In this document: in pieces, positions 36,858 through 46,081 of the stretch
How the letters are laid out: every line of letters begins with the position of its first letter
Position numbering within the stretch: the stretch's first letter is position 1
From: Actinomycetota bacterium
Lineage (GTDB): Bacteria; Actinomycetota; Acidimicrobiia; Acidimicrobiales; Acidimicrobilacustridaceae
Assembly: GCA_009703275.1 (NCBI GenBank)
Contig: WLGJ01000001.1
Coordinates: 1 to 56,483 of the forward strand
DNA: 56,483 bases
Reading direction: 5' to 3'
Made by a program: the position numbers and the translations under genes
Notes under the pieces: generated by a model
The model's input: the letters and a program-made list of their open reading frames with translations, nothing else
Told to the model about the DNA's origin: nothing
Databases searched by the model: none

Positions 36858-38300
36858 CTAGAAGTCGAATGTTGAAAGGTCGGCATGCCAACCACTTGCG
36901 CGTTCGATTGCTGATGCCCACCGTTCGCGGTTTGCATCACCCGCGGGTTCAACGACTCGCAAAGGTTTCCACGTTGCTGCGATGTCGTCGAGTCCACCCC
37001 ACGTGCCGACCGAAAGTCCGGCGAGGAAGGCTGCACCGAGAGTCGTGGCCTCAAGTACTGGCGAGATTTCGACGGTGCGCTGCGTTGCATTGGCGAGCGC
37101 CTGAGTGAATGTCGGGTTTGCGCTCATTCCTCCGTCAATCCGAAGAGAAGGAATGGTGAGGCCAGTTGTGGCCTCGGCGGCGTCGACAAGGTCGGCGCCG
37201 CGTTGAGCGACTCCTTCAAGGACAGCTCGAACAATGTGCGGACGAGCAGTACCGCGCGTAATGCCGAGCAAGGTTCCGCGTGCGCCGTAATCCCAGTTAG
37301 GAGTTCCGAGGCCGAGAAGTGCGGGAACATAGACAACGCCTTCGGTATCGGCGCACTGCTGTGCAATGTCGTGTGATGCGGCCACTGAATCGATGATTCC
37401 AAGGTCGTCGCGCAGCCACTCAACGTTTGTTCCTGCCGAAAGCATGATTGCCTCAAGGCCCCACATGGTTTCGCTTCCACGTTTCCAGGCAACGATGGGG
37501 AAGGTTCCTGATGAGCTACGAACGGCAGATGCAGGGCGGTCAGGGCCCACAACGAGATCGAGCATGCCCCCGGTGCCGAATGTGATCTTTGCTGGGCCAG
37601 GACGCACACAACCTTGACCAATAAGCGAGGCTTGTTGGTCGCCAGCGACACCGCAGATCATCGGCGAACCATTCAGTGCTGTTGCGGGTGCAATCGGGCC
37701 GCTTGAATCGACGATCGTCGGCATTGCCGATCGGGAAATGTTGAGCTTCGCCAGCAGGGCGTCGTCCCAATCGAGCGTTTCAATCGAGAACAAGCCCGTT
37801 ACTGCGGCGTTCGACGCATCGGTGACATTCACCGCACCTTCGGTGAGCGTCCAAATGATCCACGAATCAACGGTGCCGACGCACAGGTCTCGACGGCGAT
37901 CAGGATCGGCGTTGTCGAGCAGATGCTTGATCTTGGTTGCTGATTGGTTCGGGGCGAAGCGCAGCCCTTCTGCCTGCAGCACAAGACAGTCGCCAAGAGT
38001 GCGGAGGTCCTGCCATCCGAGTGCGGGGGCCACTGGTTCACCAGTCGCTCGATCCCAAACGATGGTTGACGCGCGTTGTGTGGCGATGCCGACGCCGTCG
38101 ACCTGACCAACCTCAGCGAGCGCAGCCCGAGCAGTGGCGAGGGCCGCTGCAGCCATGCGAGTTGCGTCGAACTCGACGAGTCCGGGCGCGGGCGTGTCGG
38201 GTAGAACCTCTTGGCGGTGCTCAACGGCGATGGTTGCGTCGGGACGAACAATTGCCGAACGAACTCCAGAGGTGCCGATGTCGACGACGAGAAGGCTCAT
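36858..38300 (-). CDS. FGGY kinase, glycerol kinase-like with altered substrate pocket
   Basis: VDIGTSGVR, TQRAST, WQD.R, GTVDSW, TDASNA, GDQQA, KITFGTG, IDGGM, EATTLGAA. Confidence 0.9.
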   Translation of the reverse strand: MSLLVVDIGTSGVRSAIVRPDATIAVEHRQEVLPDTPAPGLVEFDATRMAAAALATARAALAEVGQVDGVGIATQRASTIVWDRATGEPVAPALGWQDLRTLGDCLVLQAEGLRFAPNQSATKIKHLLDNADPDRRRDLCVGTVDSWIIWTLTEGAVNVTDASNAAVTGLFSIETLDWDDALLAKLNISRSAMPTIVDSSGPIAPATALNGSPMICGVAGDQQASLIGQGCVRPGPAKITFGTGGMLDLVVGPDRPASAVRSSSGTFPIVAWKRGSETMWGLEAIMLSAGTNVEWLRDDLGIIDSVAASHDIAQQCADTEGVVYVPALLGLGTPNWDYGARGTLLGITRGTARPHIVRAVLEGVAQRGADLVDAAEATTGLTIPSLRIDGGMSANPTFTQALANATQRTVEISPVLEATTLGAAFLAGLSVGTWGGLDDIAATWKPLRVVEPAGDANRERWASAIERASGWHADLSTFDF

Positions 38301-38674
38301 CTTGTTCTTGCTCCACGTGAGACGGCGACCATCGCGCCGATTGTTCCGAGTGAGGCGAAGATCAGCGCAAACAGAATGATGCCGATCAACAGGCCTAGAG
38401 GTTCGGAAAAGTTTCGGGTTGCAATCAGGTACACAATTTCGGCGCCACAGAATGTGACAACGCCTGCGGCAGCACCGTGGGGGAGGGCGTGCGGCGGAAG
38501 CGGTCGAGCTGCCGCATAACCAGCAAGCGCACCGGCGAAGAACACGATTGCCAACATCACACCGGCGAGAGCGGTGCCTGAGAAAACGGTGCGTTGCAGA
38601 ATCGCTGCGGGAAGCGCAAAGAACAATCCGTTGAATGCTCCGACGAGGATGCTCCGACGATCGAAGGCGCCCAT
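38297..38674 (-). CDS. Small four-TM membrane protein
   Basis: Hydrophobic throughout. Translationally coupled on both sides. Confidence 0.75.
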   Translation of the reverse strand: MGAFDRRSILVGAFNGLFFALPAAILQRTVFSGTALAGVMLAIVFFAGALAGYAAARPLPPHALPHGAAAGVVTFCGAEIVYLIATRNFSEPLGLLIGIILFALIFASLGTIGAMVAVSRGARTR

Positions 38675-40186
38675 CTAGTGCTCACTCCCAAATCGGTCGG
38701 GCAGATCACCGAATGCAGTCGGCATCCCGAGCTTGCCCGGATTGAGAATGCCGTTCGGGTCAAGCGCCTTCTTCATGGCGTGCAAGACCGAGGTCGCACC
38801 TTCACCCTGCGACGCGCTCATGAATCGGGCTCGATTGAGTCCAACCCCGTGATGGTGGCTAAGCGAACCGCCGTGTGCGAGGGCTGTGGTGGTTCCAGCG
38901 TTCCATGCGGACATGTACATCTCTTCGATTGCGTCGGGGCCTTCGGCCGCGGCCTTACCTGCGAAGGTGAAATACAAACAGGCTCCGTCGGAATAGGAAT
39001 GCGAAAGATGTGCCGTCGAAGAGATGATGCCCGGAGTTGCTGCGATCGCATCTCGCACCGTGGTGTAGAGCACTGGCAGATCTGTCCATGAGACTGTGAG
39101 TTCCAATGTGTCGACCATGTAACCGCGTGAGATCAACGCTTCAAGAGCGCTCACGTCGTTGCGGTGGCCAAACCATTTCGTGACGAGTTCGGAATCGAGT
39201 GGCGCACTCTTCGCACACTCTTCTGCTGTGATGGTCGTTGTCGCGTCGACAGTTGCCTGGTCGCCTTCGTCAAAGGCCAGTAGTACAGCGATGTCGCCCG
39301 TTCCCCAGTTGCGGTCGGCCTCGGCAGCATCGTAGAGACGCAGGGCAGCTGGAGCGAGGCCGCGTTGAATGATCCTGCGGCACGCATCTGCACCGGCTTC
39401 GAACGAAGGAAACGCCCACGCGCTGCTGTGATTCGCAGTGGCCACCGAACGAGCCCGCAGTCGAGCGCCGGTGATGATGCCGAGGGTTCCTTCGGAACCC
39501 ACAAAGAGTTGCGTGAGGTCGGGCCCGGCTGACTGCCGTGCGTGTCCGCCGGTGTGAACGATCGTCCCGTCGGCAAGAACAACATCAAGGCCGATGACGA
39601 TGTCTTCGATCTTGCCGTAGCGGTTGGAAAGTTGACCGGCGCCGCGACAGGCAAGCCATCCGCCGACTGTTGAAAGTGCGATCGACTGAGGCCAATGGCC
39701 GACAGTGAGTCCGTATTCCGATTGCAGTTCATCTTCGAACACGTCGCCGAACATTCCGGCGCCAACGTCGACGATTCCGGAATTGGTGTCGACCGAATGA
39801 ATGCCCGAGAGTCCACAAAGGTCAAGGAGAACTCCGCCGAAAAGCGGGATTGATCCACCGACAACTCCGCTTCGGCCAGCGGCGGCAGTGACGGGAATGC
39901 TGTTCTCGTTGCACAGGCGCAGAACGGCAGCGACCTGTTCGGTTGTAGTCGGCGAAACGACGACCGATGCGATTTGGCCGATCTGGGCGCTTGACGCCCG
40001 AGTCATGATGAGCGGCCACCAATCGCGACTGGCCTCAACACGATTTGAATGAGCCAGGTCAACCTCGGCGCCTGTGGCGCGTAACTGTGCGACCAATTCC
40101 TCGGTAACGGAGACGAGGTTGGTGTCGAAGTGGGCCTTCGTGTTCGCAGCGTCGAGATCGATGGGCGGTGTTGGGTGTGCTGGCAT
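38675..40186 (-). CDS. FAD-linked alkyl-dihydroxyacetonephosphate synthase-like protein
   Basis: GHWPQS...STVGGW.ACRG.GQ.S.RYGKIED, GSEGTLGII, HSYSDGACLYF, SHHHGVG, LDP..ILNPGK. Confidence 0.85.
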   Translation of the reverse strand: MPAHPTPPIDLDAANTKAHFDTNLVSVTEELVAQLRATGAEVDLAHSNRVEASRDWWPLIMTRASSAQIGQIASVVVSPTTTEQVAAVLRLCNENSIPVTAAAGRSGVVGGSIPLFGGVLLDLCGLSGIHSVDTNSGIVDVGAGMFGDVFEDELQSEYGLTVGHWPQSIALSTVGGWLACRGAGQLSNRYGKIEDIVIGLDVVLADGTIVHTGGHARQSAGPDLTQLFVGSEGTLGIITGARLRARSVATANHSSAWAFPSFEAGADACRRIIQRGLAPAALRLYDAAEADRNWGTGDIAVLLAFDEGDQATVDATTTITAEECAKSAPLDSELVTKWFGHRNDVSALEALISRGYMVDTLELTVSWTDLPVLYTTVRDAIAATPGIISSTAHLSHSYSDGACLYFTFAGKAAAEGPDAIEEMYMSAWNAGTTTALAHGGSLSHHHGVGLNRARFMSASQGEGATSVLHAMKKALDPNGILNPGKLGMPTAFGDLPDRFGSEH

Positions 40187-41847
40187 CAGTGGACGATCGC
40201 TTCAAGCTCTTCGTCGATACGTGCTCGGTAATCAGCTACCTGTCGAGCTTGTTCTGCCTCGTCCCAGCCAAGTTCGGGTGCAAGGAGCGCAGCGACCGCA
40301 GCAGCGGCATCGGCGGAAGCATCGCGAGTCTCAAGTCGGGCACGTGTACGTCGGCTGAGAATGTCGTCGACTGTCGTGGCCATTTCATAACGCACCGCAA
40401 AGATTGCTTCGGCGCGCAGATAGTGCAGTCCAGGTACAAGAGGTTCGGCCAGCAATTGGTCGGATTCGGCAATCGCAAGCACTGTCGTCGCATCTGAGCC
40501 GTATCGATCGGCGAGGCGACGCACCTGATCGCCGCCAAGAGGCGAGATCGTGTCAGCCGAATCAACAAGTTCCTCGTAGCCGTTAGCACCGTGGATCTTG
40601 ATGTGCTTTGTCTTGCTACGGCGTCGGAATCGAGTGATGCGATCGGCATCAAGAACTTCGGAGAGAACTTCGTCGATCGTGTCGGCGGCCATTTCTCGGT
40701 ACGTCGTGAGTTTCCCGCCGGTAATTGTGACAACGCCGGAATCGGAACGACGCACCTTGTGGCGACGGGAAAGGTCGGCGGTGCGGCCTGATGCTTCGGG
40801 ATCGGCGACAAGAGGTCGAAGGCCTGCCCAGGTTCCGAGAATGTCGTCAGTCGTCACGGTTTCGGTGATCGAACCGTTGAGGGCTCGCAGCAAGTACTCG
40901 ACGTCGTCCTCGTTGCACTGGGGATCGTCGACCGGTCCGGTGTAATCGGTGTCGGTTGTGCCGACGAAAGTGAACTGGCCCCAGGGCACGACGAACACTG
41001 ATCGCTTATCGCCAGGAACAGGGATGACAGCAGCAACGGTATTGCGAACCTTCGACCACGCAACCGTGATGTGCACGCCCTTAGCCGGTCGAATCGAACG
41101 TGGGTGCTCGGCCTCATCAAGAGCACGAACATCGTCAGACCAAACGCCGGCGGCATTCACGACGGCTTTGGTCGAAACGGTGAAGGTTCGACCATCAGCC
41201 TTGACGACGACTCCATTGACGTTGCCGTTCGAGTCTTTCTGGAGATCAACAACCTCGGTTCGGTTGACCAGCGTCGCTCCGAATCGCAGTGCCGCGGTGC
41301 GGGCAACAGTCACAACCAAACGAGCATCGTCAGCCTCAGCGTCGTAGTAGAGATACGAAGGCATCAACTTGTCGGCCGGGAGGGTGGGGAACCACTCGAG
41401 TGCTTGCTTTTTTGAAACTCGCTTATGCATCTTCCCAATACGAAGACCGCCGGTGAGGTCGTACATCCACATAGCGGTGCCCATGGCCCGGGCGAGCTTG
41501 CGGTTCACGACGCCCTTGGACGAGAAGATCGGGATCAAGAACGGAAGCACCTTGACGAGATGGGGAGCGTTGCGGCGCAGAATCTGGCGCTCTGCGAGTG
41601 CTTCATAGACGAGGCGAACATCGCCCTGTTGGAGATAGCGGATTCCGCCGTGCACGAGCTTCGATGACTTCGACGATGTTCCAGAGGCGAAGTCATCGCG
41701 CTCGATGAGGGCGACCCGAAGCCCCCTCGATGCGGCATCAAGTGCGCATCCGACGCCGGTGATGCCGCCGCCGATGACGACGACATCAAAGTCGGTGGAT
41801 TCCAAGCGGCGAAGGGCATCGGAACGGTTGAAGGCGTTAGAGATCAT
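40186..41847 (-). CDS. glpD: FAD-dependent glycerol-3-phosphate dehydrogenase/oxidase
   Basis: IGGGITG, DAASRG, DFASGTSSKSSKLVHGGIRYL, DDARL, KGVH, GTTD, AGLRPL, GGKLTTYR.MA. Confidence 0.93.
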   Translation of the reverse strand: MISNAFNRSDALRRLESTDFDVVVIGGGITGVGCALDAASRGLRVALIERDDFASGTSSKSSKLVHGGIRYLQQGDVRLVYEALAERQILRRNAPHLVKVLPFLIPIFSSKGVVNRKLARAMGTAMWMYDLTGGLRIGKMHKRVSKKQALEWFPTLPADKLMPSYLYYDAEADDARLVVTVARTAALRFGATLVNRTEVVDLQKDSNGNVNGVVVKADGRTFTVSTKAVVNAAGVWSDDVRALDEAEHPRSIRPAKGVHITVAWSKVRNTVAAVIPVPGDKRSVFVVPWGQFTFVGTTDTDYTGPVDDPQCNEDDVEYLLRALNGSITETVTTDDILGTWAGLRPLVADPEASGRTADLSRRHKVRRSDSGVVTITGGKLTTYREMAADTIDEVLSEVLDADRITRFRRRSKTKHIKIHGANGYEELVDSADTISPLGGDQVRRLADRYGSDATTVLAIAESDQLLAEPLVPGLHYLRAEAIFAVRYEMATTVDDILSRRTRARLETRDASADAAAAVAALLAPELGWDEAEQARQVADYRARIDEELEAIVH

Positions 41848-42006
41848 CGTTGCGAGCCTAGAACGGACCAACTCAGAACGCCTGATCGCCTGACCTGCGG
41901 AAACGGCGGCCGTGAGCCAGTCCGAATTCGGTTTGTGTCATCGGGCAGAGGGGGTCAATACTCCTCTTTCCCTATTCGCCCGCTCCGCAGGAGCCGTTCT
42001 GCACCT

Positions 42007-42243
42007 ATGAACCACACTTGGCATTCCTTGGCCGCCTGCACGGGTATCGACCCCGAGATCTTCTTTCCTGACCCCGAAGACGATGACGACGCCATGCCGG
42101 CGAAGATCGTCTGCGGTCAGTGTGATGTCCGCGAAGCCTGCCTCGAGCACGCCTTGGCCGTTCGTGAGAAGGACGGCGTATGGGGCGGCGCTACTGAGCG
42201 CGAACGGCGTCGGATGATCCGTCAACGTCGTCGGACGGCCTGA
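42007..42243 (+). CDS. whiB: WhiB family Fe-S transcription factor
   Basis: AAC...DPEIFFP...AK.VC.QC.VR..CLE.AL....GVWGG..E.ER. Confidence 0.95.
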   Translation: MNHTWHSLAACTGIDPEIFFPDPEDDDDAMPAKIVCGQCDVREACLEHALAVREKDGVWGGATERERRRMIRQRRRTA

Positions 42244-42245
42244 CC

Positions 42246-43280
42246 ATGGAGTGGCCGGTAGTTCTTTCGACGCTTATCGCCGGCACTGATCTCTCTGCGG
42301 ACCAAGCCTCGGAGGCTCTGCGCGAAATCCTCGCTGGCGAGGCCACCGATGCTCAGATCGCTGCGTTCCTGATTGCGCTTCGCATGAAGGGAGAATCGAT
42401 CACCGAAGTGTCGGCCATGGTCGACGCGATGCTCGAATCTGCCGCACCCATCGAACTCCCGTCTGGGCCCGATGCCATTGACATCGTTGGAACCGGCGGA
42501 GCGCCAAGTCGACGCGCACATGCATTGAATGTCTCGACGATGGCGAGTTTCGTCGCGGCTGGCGCAGGTGCTCGCGTGGTGAAGCACGGCAACCGCAAGG
42601 CGTCGTCAACCTCGGGATCATTCGATCTGCTCGAGATGCTTGGTGTGCCGCTTGAACTCGATGGCCCCGGAGTCGCGCATTGTGTGGCCGAGGCGGGGAT
42701 TGGTTTTTGTTTCGCTCGTTCATTCCATCCGGCGATGCGACACGCTGGCCCAGTGCGCACACAACTTGGCGTGCCGACGGTGTTCAACTTTCTTGGTCCG
42801 CTTTCACACCCCGCACGAGTGCAGCGCCAGGTCATCGGTGTGAGTGATGCGACTATCGCACCAATCGTTGTAGGCGTGCTTCAGAAACGGGGAGCTCCGC
42901 GCGCACTTGTGGTCACCGGTGACGATGGCATGGACGAGTTCACGACAACGACGACCACCACGGTGCATGAACTACGTGATGGCGACGTCACGACTTCCAC
43001 CTTCGACCCACGCGAAGTTGGCATTGCGCTCGTGTCGGCTGATGCTCTCGCCGGTGGTAGCCCAGAAGTAAACGCTGCTATTGCCCGGCGGGTCTTCGCC
43101 GGCGAGCAGGGCGCATATCGCGACATCGTGTGTCTCAATGCTGCAGCCGGTCTCTTTGTTGCTGGTGTCGTTGATGACATCGCCACCGGTGTCGTCAATG
43201 CGCAAGCATCGATCGACTCGGGTGCCGCAGCGACTGTGCTTGATCGATTGATCAGCGCCGCGAACGACGCGACGAAGTAA
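42246..43280 (+). CDS. trpD: Anthranilate phosphoribosyltransferase
   Basis: DIVGTGG, NVST, KHGNRKASS..GS.D, FHPAMR, TVFNFLGP, GMDE, NAAA. Confidence 0.96.
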   Translation: MEWPVVLSTLIAGTDLSADQASEALREILAGEATDAQIAAFLIALRMKGESITEVSAMVDAMLESAAPIELPSGPDAIDIVGTGGAPSRRAHALNVSTMASFVAAGAGARVVKHGNRKASSTSGSFDLLEMLGVPLELDGPGVAHCVAEAGIGFCFARSFHPAMRHAGPVRTQLGVPTVFNFLGPLSHPARVQRQVIGVSDATIAPIVVGVLQKRGAPRALVVTGDDGMDEFTTTTTTTVHELRDGDVTTSTFDPREVGIALVSADALAGGSPEVNAAIARRVFAGEQGAYRDIVCLNAAAGLFVAGVVDDIATGVVNAQASIDSGAAATVLDRLISAANDATK

Positions 43281-44979
43281 CGAAGTCGCTGTCGTCGACG
43301 GCCAAGCCCTTTCGCGGGCGAAACGAGCGAAGCGCGGGAAGAGTCGAGGCCAACACGCCATCGCAATGATCAAGGGTGAGATCGGGCGCGTTTTTGTCGA
43401 GCCATGAGGCGATGCAGCCGAGTTCATCGGCGAGTTCCCGATGGAGCGGAGCGATGGGGCCACTGTTATCGACGTTCTGTTCCGTTGTTGTTACGGGAAG
43501 ACCTAGGTTCGGCAATTCCCCTTCGCCCCAAGCTGATTGCAGACGGCCATGGTCGAGTGCGACACCGCCGAGGGGGCCGAGATCAATGTGGATGTGGCCG
43601 GCCCGACGGAGTTGATCAAATCTGCGCTGACGGTTGATGGCCCCGGCTAATGCGCTTGCTCGGTCGCGAACGTCGGCCGCTTCTTCGAATCGCTCTTCCG
43701 TTGCGAGCGAAGTGATCTTTTCCGTGAGCGGTTGTAGGAGGAGGTCGGGTTCGATCGTTAACCCACGAACTGCTCGCTCAACGACGAGTTGGTACTCGTC
43801 GGGATCGACCCCGCCGGCACACGGACACATCGACACGCCAAGTTGTGCAGCCGTGCACGGAGCATCTCGAAGCGCTCGCTTGCCGATTCGACCTGAACAT
43901 CGACGCAGTGGAACCGAGGTTTGAACGGCATCGACGACTCGCTGTGCTGATGACCGCGATGAAAGAGGTCCGAGATACAACGCGCCGTCGTCTTTCACGT
44001 CTTTCACAATCGACAATCGAGGGAATGTCTCTGCGAGCGTGAGTTTCACGTAGACGTAGCGGCCCCAGTCTTTGAGTTGGCGGTTGTAACCCGGCATGTA
44101 CTGATGGATGAGACGAATCTCGTGCACTGCGGCTGACAACGGATGGGGATGAACGACGTGGTCGATATGCGCTGTCTCTCTGAGTAGTGAACCGATCTTT
44201 CGACGGTCGTCACCAGAGAAGTACGAGCGCACTCGGGCACGGAGATTGGTGGCCTTGCCGACGTAAAGCACATCGCCTCGAGCGTTGCGAAAGAGATAGA
44301 CGCCGGGGGAGCGAGGCAGGGAATCGGTGAGACGAAGTTTCTGCGCGCTGGCGTGACCTGCCATCTTGGGCAATGAGAGAAGATCATCAAGACCGGTGAC
44401 ACCGAGACCACCGGCGCGCTCGATGAGCAGATGCAGTAGATCGCCGGTGGCTAGTGCGTCGTCAAGCGCGCGGTGCGATGGTTTGTGATTGAGCCGCAGG
44501 TGCTGAGCAAGAGTGCCGAGTTTGCAGTTCGGAACTTCGTTGCGGACGAGTCGTCGAGCAAGTGCGACGGTGTCGACGGCGCGATTGGTCAGTTTCGGTC
44601 GTTGGTCGCGTTCAAGAGCGGCTTGCACGAATGACAGATCGAATCGGATGTTGTGTCCGACGATGACTGCATCGCCGATGAATTCAAGCAACGAGGGCAG
44701 CACCGCTTCGATACGCGGGGCGGGCATCACCATCGAATGAGTAATGCCGGTGAGCACCGTGATCTCGGGAGGAATCGCGCAACCTGGATTCACAAGTGTC
44801 TGAAACGTTCCGATGCATTCACCGCCCCGGAGTTTCACTGCCCCAATCTCGGTGATGCCGCAAGATGCAGCTGATCCGCCAGTGGTTTCGAGATCGATGA
44901 CACAGAACGTGACCTGCGAAAGGGGCGTTCCGAGATCATCGAGCGACAACTGCAACGGATCTGGGGCGGGGGAGCGCAC
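43252..44979 (-). CDS. DEDDh exonuclease-GIY-YIG (UvrC-like) fusion, Rv2191-like
   Basis: VIDLETTG, GHNIRFD, HRALDDA. PGVYLF...LYVGKATNLR.RVRSYF. UVR motif RFEEAA..RD. Confidence 0.93.
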   Translation of the reverse strand: MRSPAPDPLQLSLDDLGTPLSQVTFCVIDLETTGGSAASCGITEIGAVKLRGGECIGTFQTLVNPGCAIPPEITVLTGITHSMVMPAPRIEAVLPSLLEFIGDAVIVGHNIRFDLSFVQAALERDQRPKLTNRAVDTVALARRLVRNEVPNCKLGTLAQHLRLNHKPSHRALDDALATGDLLHLLIERAGGLGVTGLDDLLSLPKMAGHASAQKLRLTDSLPRSPGVYLFRNARGDVLYVGKATNLRARVRSYFSGDDRRKIGSLLRETAHIDHVVHPHPLSAAVHEIRLIHQYMPGYNRQLKDWGRYVYVKLTLAETFPRLSIVKDVKDDGALYLGPLSSRSSAQRVVDAVQTSVPLRRCSGRIGKRALRDAPCTAAQLGVSMCPCAGGVDPDEYQLVVERAVRGLTIEPDLLLQPLTEKITSLATEERFEEAADVRDRASALAGAINRQRRFDQLRRAGHIHIDLGPLGGVALDHGRLQSAWGEGELPNLGLPVTTTEQNVDNSGPIAPLHRELADELGCIASWLDKNAPDLTLDHCDGVLASTLPALRSFRPRKGLAVDDSDFVTSSRRSRR

Positions 44980-44993
44980 CCGTGCAGTCTGAT

Positions 44994-45007
44994 CGAACGT
45001 GCGTTCG
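44994..45007. promoter_or_regulatory. LexA (SOS) box CGAAC-N4-GTTCG
   Basis: CGAACGTGCGTTCG, a perfect Gram-positive/actinobacterial consensus, 14 nt upstream of the repair nuclease start. Confidence 0.85.
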
Positions 45008-45046
45008 TATGCAAGGAGGTCGTCTGAGCCTCGCTAGTCTCCCTGC

Positions 45047-45259
45047 GTGTCCACTACCCGTTATCGCTGCACCGCTTGCGGAAATCTCACTCGTTTCGAC
45101 GTTGTCTCCACCAAACGCACCCGTGCGTTCCACCACTACACGGTGGGCGGAGATCTTGAGGTTGAGAACGAAGAGATTCTCTCCGAATCAATCGAAGAGG
45201 TGTCGTGTCACTGGTGTGGAAACGGTGGTTCGGTGGTTCAGACCCAGCCGCCGGCATAA
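45047..45259 (+). CDS. Small zinc-ribbon-like conserved actinobacterial protein
   Basis: RCTACGNLTRFDV...V.CHWCG. TAGTCT -10 six nt before the GTG. Confidence 0.85.
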   Translation: MSTTRYRCTACGNLTRFDVVSTKRTRAFHHYTVGGDLEVENEEILSESIEEVSCHWCGNGGSVVQTQPPA

Positions 45260-45987
45260 GACACGTACTGGCCGGTTGTGAACGTGCTCGTTCCGTCGAG
45301 GAACGGCGCGCAGAACGCAGCGAACTCATCCATGCGACCGAGTCGGCGCATCGGTACCTGCTTTTCGAACATTTCGCGCACGGCGGGGTCTTTCGCTCCG
45401 GTGGCTTCGAGGAATTCGGGGAAGTCCATGAAGTTGGTGCCAACGGCATTGACCTGAACGTTCTTACGAGCAACTTCACCAGCGACATTGCGAGTGAGCA
45501 TCGTTGCCCCGGCACGAACCGATGAATACAACGAGGCGCCGGGGGTTGGGCGTGCGCCCGCTGCACTCGTAATCACGAGGACCTGACCCGAACCTTGTGC
45601 GACCAGTGGCGGGATGACGGCCTTGAGGAAGTGATACGGCGCATAGAGACAGCCGTCGACGATTTTCTGGTACTGATCAATCGTGGATTCGAGGAACGAA
45701 CCAGGAATGATTTGGCCGGACGCAGCGACGGCTGCATCGAAGTGCCCGAAGCTTGAGAGCGCTGCGTCGACGAGCTTCTGCGAGTTCTCAGGCTTGGCGA
45801 TATTCGACACCTTCTCAACTGCGACAACTGTTGCGCCGAGACCCTCGAGTTCAACGACGAGTTCCGGATCAGGGTCGCCGAGGACGAGATCGTGGCCGCG
45901 ACGAGCAAGCATGCGGGACATCTCTGGGCCCACGTAGTGGCGAGCATCGGCAACAAGCGCGACTCGGCGAGTGGTGGTGTCAGTCAT
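45238..45987 (-). CDS. hheG: Halohydrin dehalogenase, G-type-like (SDR fold)
   Basis: Catalytic S-X12-Y-X3-R (SAAGARPTPGASLYSSVR). AxxxxYxG replaces the SDR TGxxxGxG. VNAVGTNFMDFP and QVP.RRLG.M.E resemble Ilumatobacter HheG as recalled. GGAGG RBS. Confidence 0.82.
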   Translation of the reverse strand: MTDTTTRRVALVADARHYVGPEMSRMLARRGHDLVLGDPDPELVVELEGLGATVVAVEKVSNIAKPENSQKLVDAALSSFGHFDAAVAASGQIIPGSFLESTIDQYQKIVDGCLYAPYHFLKAVIPPLVAQGSGQVLVITSAAGARPTPGASLYSSVRAGATMLTRNVAGEVARKNVQVNAVGTNFMDFPEFLEATGAKDPAVREMFEKQVPMRRLGRMDEFAAFCAPFLDGTSTFTTGQYVSYAGGWV

Positions 45988-46020
45988 GGCAGGCCTCCGG
46001 GATCTTCGGTAGCGTCAGTC

Positions 46021-46039
46021 GTGTCAATGTTATTGACAC
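46021..46039. promoter_or_regulatory. Palindromic operator GTGTCAAT-N3-ATTGACAC between divergent genes
   Basis: Perfect 8-bp inverted repeat. Each arm contains TTGACA on one strand. Confidence 0.7.
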
Positions 46040-46081
46040 AACCATCTCCGCCAACATACCCGTTGGCGAACTTTGAGGGGC

